Assembly: GCA_016208965.1 (NCBI GenBank)
Contig: JACQXB010000023.1
Coordinates: 95,474 to 159,473 of the forward strand
DNA from: Nitrospirota bacterium
Lineage (GTDB): Bacteria; Nitrospirota; Thermodesulfovibrionia; UBA6902; DSMQ01
DNA: 64,000 nucleotides
Reading direction: 5' to 3'
Below are positions 62,990 to 64,000 of this stretch, piece by piece. The position numbers and the translations under genes are program-made. The notes beneath the pieces are model-generated. The model was not told the DNA's origin, searched no databases, and saw only the letters and a list, made by a program, of their open reading frames with translations. Position 1 is the stretch's first letter; each line of letters starts with the position of its first letter.

Positions 62990-63280
62990 ATGACCGAAAA
63001 ATCTGAGGAAGGCAAAACCCCTCATCTACCACAGGCAAATTTTATAAATCACATCCTTGAGTTAAGCACTGCTGCTTTTATCAGCATTGGCGTTATTCCC
63101 AACCCGCTAACCGGGGAGGCTGATAAAAACATGCTGCAGGCAAAGTATCTCATAGATACACTGGAAATGCTCGGAGAAAAAACAAAAGGCAACCTTACTG
63201 CAGATGAGGAGAAACAACTTGAGAATGTCCTTTTTAACCTACACACAATGTATGTAAAGATTTCAGAACCTAAATCCTAA
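62990..63280 (+). CDS. DUF1844-like small protein
   Basis: ...IGVIPNPLTGEADKNMLQAKYLIDTLEMLGEKTKGNLTADEE pattern, recalled from DUF1844 members. Confidence 0.55.
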   Translation: MTEKSEEGKTPHLPQANFINHILELSTAAFISIGVIPNPLTGEADKNMLQAKYLIDTLEMLGEKTKGNLTADEEKQLENVLFNLHTMYVKISEPKS

Positions 63281-63308
63281 AAATGATTACTGAGATAATC
63301 TGTGCGCT

Positions 63309-63917
63309 TCAAAGTTTTTTAAGCGCCCTCAGTTTTTGCTTTTGCTTCTTTGATGGTTTTCGTGGGTTACCTTTCCTTTTAGCAGACACTGAATAAATAT
63401 CATCATCTTTCATGTCTGTTGGCTCTACTGCTGTTTCCTCTAAAGCATGCTTTGTTGAATAAACTCCGTTAGAAAATTTATGTGTAGTTTTAAATTCTCT
63501 CTGCGCTACAATATTCTGCTTATTCTCCGTAAAAGGCGGTGCTTTTTTTCTGACGGGGTAAAGCTTTCTTTCAAATTCTTCTGCAGTAATAGAGGCAAAA
63601 CCTTTTTTGTTTGCAAAATCTGCTATCTCCCTGTCAGAGCTCACAGCAATCCATTGTCCTTGCTTTTCAGAGAGAATTCTTTTTATAAGAATGTCTGCCT
63701 TTTCACCCAGCCTTGAGAAGATAATATTTACATTGCCAATCCGCGTTTTTGTTTCGTTTAATTGTCCGCTCTTCCAGCCATCAAAGACAACAGTAACACC
63801 ATGCCCTTTTAATTCTGAATATCTCTGGAGTTGTTCAATGAGATTATTGCGAGCATTCTCAAGATTATTGTGGGCAATACCGATGAGGTTATAGCCATCA
63901 ATTAAAATATATGCCAT
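63309..63917 (-). CDS. NYN/PIN-like domain protein (YacP/Rae1-like)
   Basis: MAYILIDGYNLIG...HGVTVVFDG...IAVSSDREI pattern. The C-terminal half contains an in-frame palindromic insert. Confidence 0.7.
   Translation of the reverse strand: MAYILIDGYNLIGIAHNNLENARNNLIEQLQRYSELKGHGVTVVFDGWKSGQLNETKTRIGNVNIIFSRLGEKADILIKRILSEKQGQWIAVSSDREIADFANKKGFASITAEEFERKLYPVRKKAPPFTENKQNIVAQREFKTTHKFSNGVYSTKHALEETAVEPTDMKDDDIYSVSAKRKGNPRKPSKKQKQKLRALKKL
63463..63560. repeat. C(T)CCGTTAGAA...TTCTGACGGGG element, in frame in the NYN-domain CDS
   Basis: ACTCCGTTAGAAAATTT...TTTTTTCTGACGGGGTAAAG, translated on the minus strand as YPVRKKAPPF...KFSNGVY. Confidence 0.6.
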
Positions 63918-63969
63918 GGCTAATTGTAATAATCAATGCTTTATAAATCAATGAGCAAACGAAGACATA

Positions 63970-64000
63970 TGCCCGCGCAGGCGGGAATCCAGACGCCGTC
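63970..64000. repeat. Partial copy of the GGGAATCCAG REP-like element at the window edge
   Basis: TGCCCGCGCAGGCGGGAATCCAGACG, truncated by the window end. Confidence 0.5.

Overview
This 64-kb chromosomal window comes from an AT-rich, probably anaerobic bacterium. That reading rests on a four-subunit pyruvate:ferredoxin oxidoreductase, a 14-subunit nuo operon and sigma-54 regulators; the lineage cannot be fixed from sequence alone. Region 1-33.7 kb holds housekeeping genes: a QueG-like gene, ispDF, htrA, ubiX, acs, tsaB-rimI, ileS-lspA, rng, larE, mnmA, murQ, argDF and porGDAB. It ends in a USP/TauE operon with a good sigma-54 promoter next to an NtrC-type two-component pair. Region 34-44.4 kb is an accessory island. 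It starts at a tRNA-Asn(GUU) gene interrupted in the anticodon loop by a 334-nt group I intron, bracketed by GIY-YIG genes (one intact, one decayed) and preceded by decayed intron-less tRNA 5'-half copies. The island carries an AAA ATPase, an AlwI/BstNBI-like type IIS restriction enzyme and two Dam-class methyltransferases, one fused to a full RadC/JAB domain. It also carries a coiled-coil 2-TM protein, MazEF and a LexA-like repressor. No integrase is present. Region 44.5-64 kb holds an HDAC-like gene, a sensor kinase with CxxCH motifs plus a receiver protein, nuoA-N with a CBS-domain gene embedded between nuoB and nuoC, a DUF1844 gene and a NYN-domain gene. At least four families of palindromic or low-complexity repeats fill almost every intergenic gap. 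Several are inserted in frame into conserved genes (ileS, mnmA, nuoB, the QueG-like gene, the Fe-S oxidoreductase, the NYN protein), much like Rickettsia palindromic elements. All functional calls are motif recognition by eye; no database search was possible.
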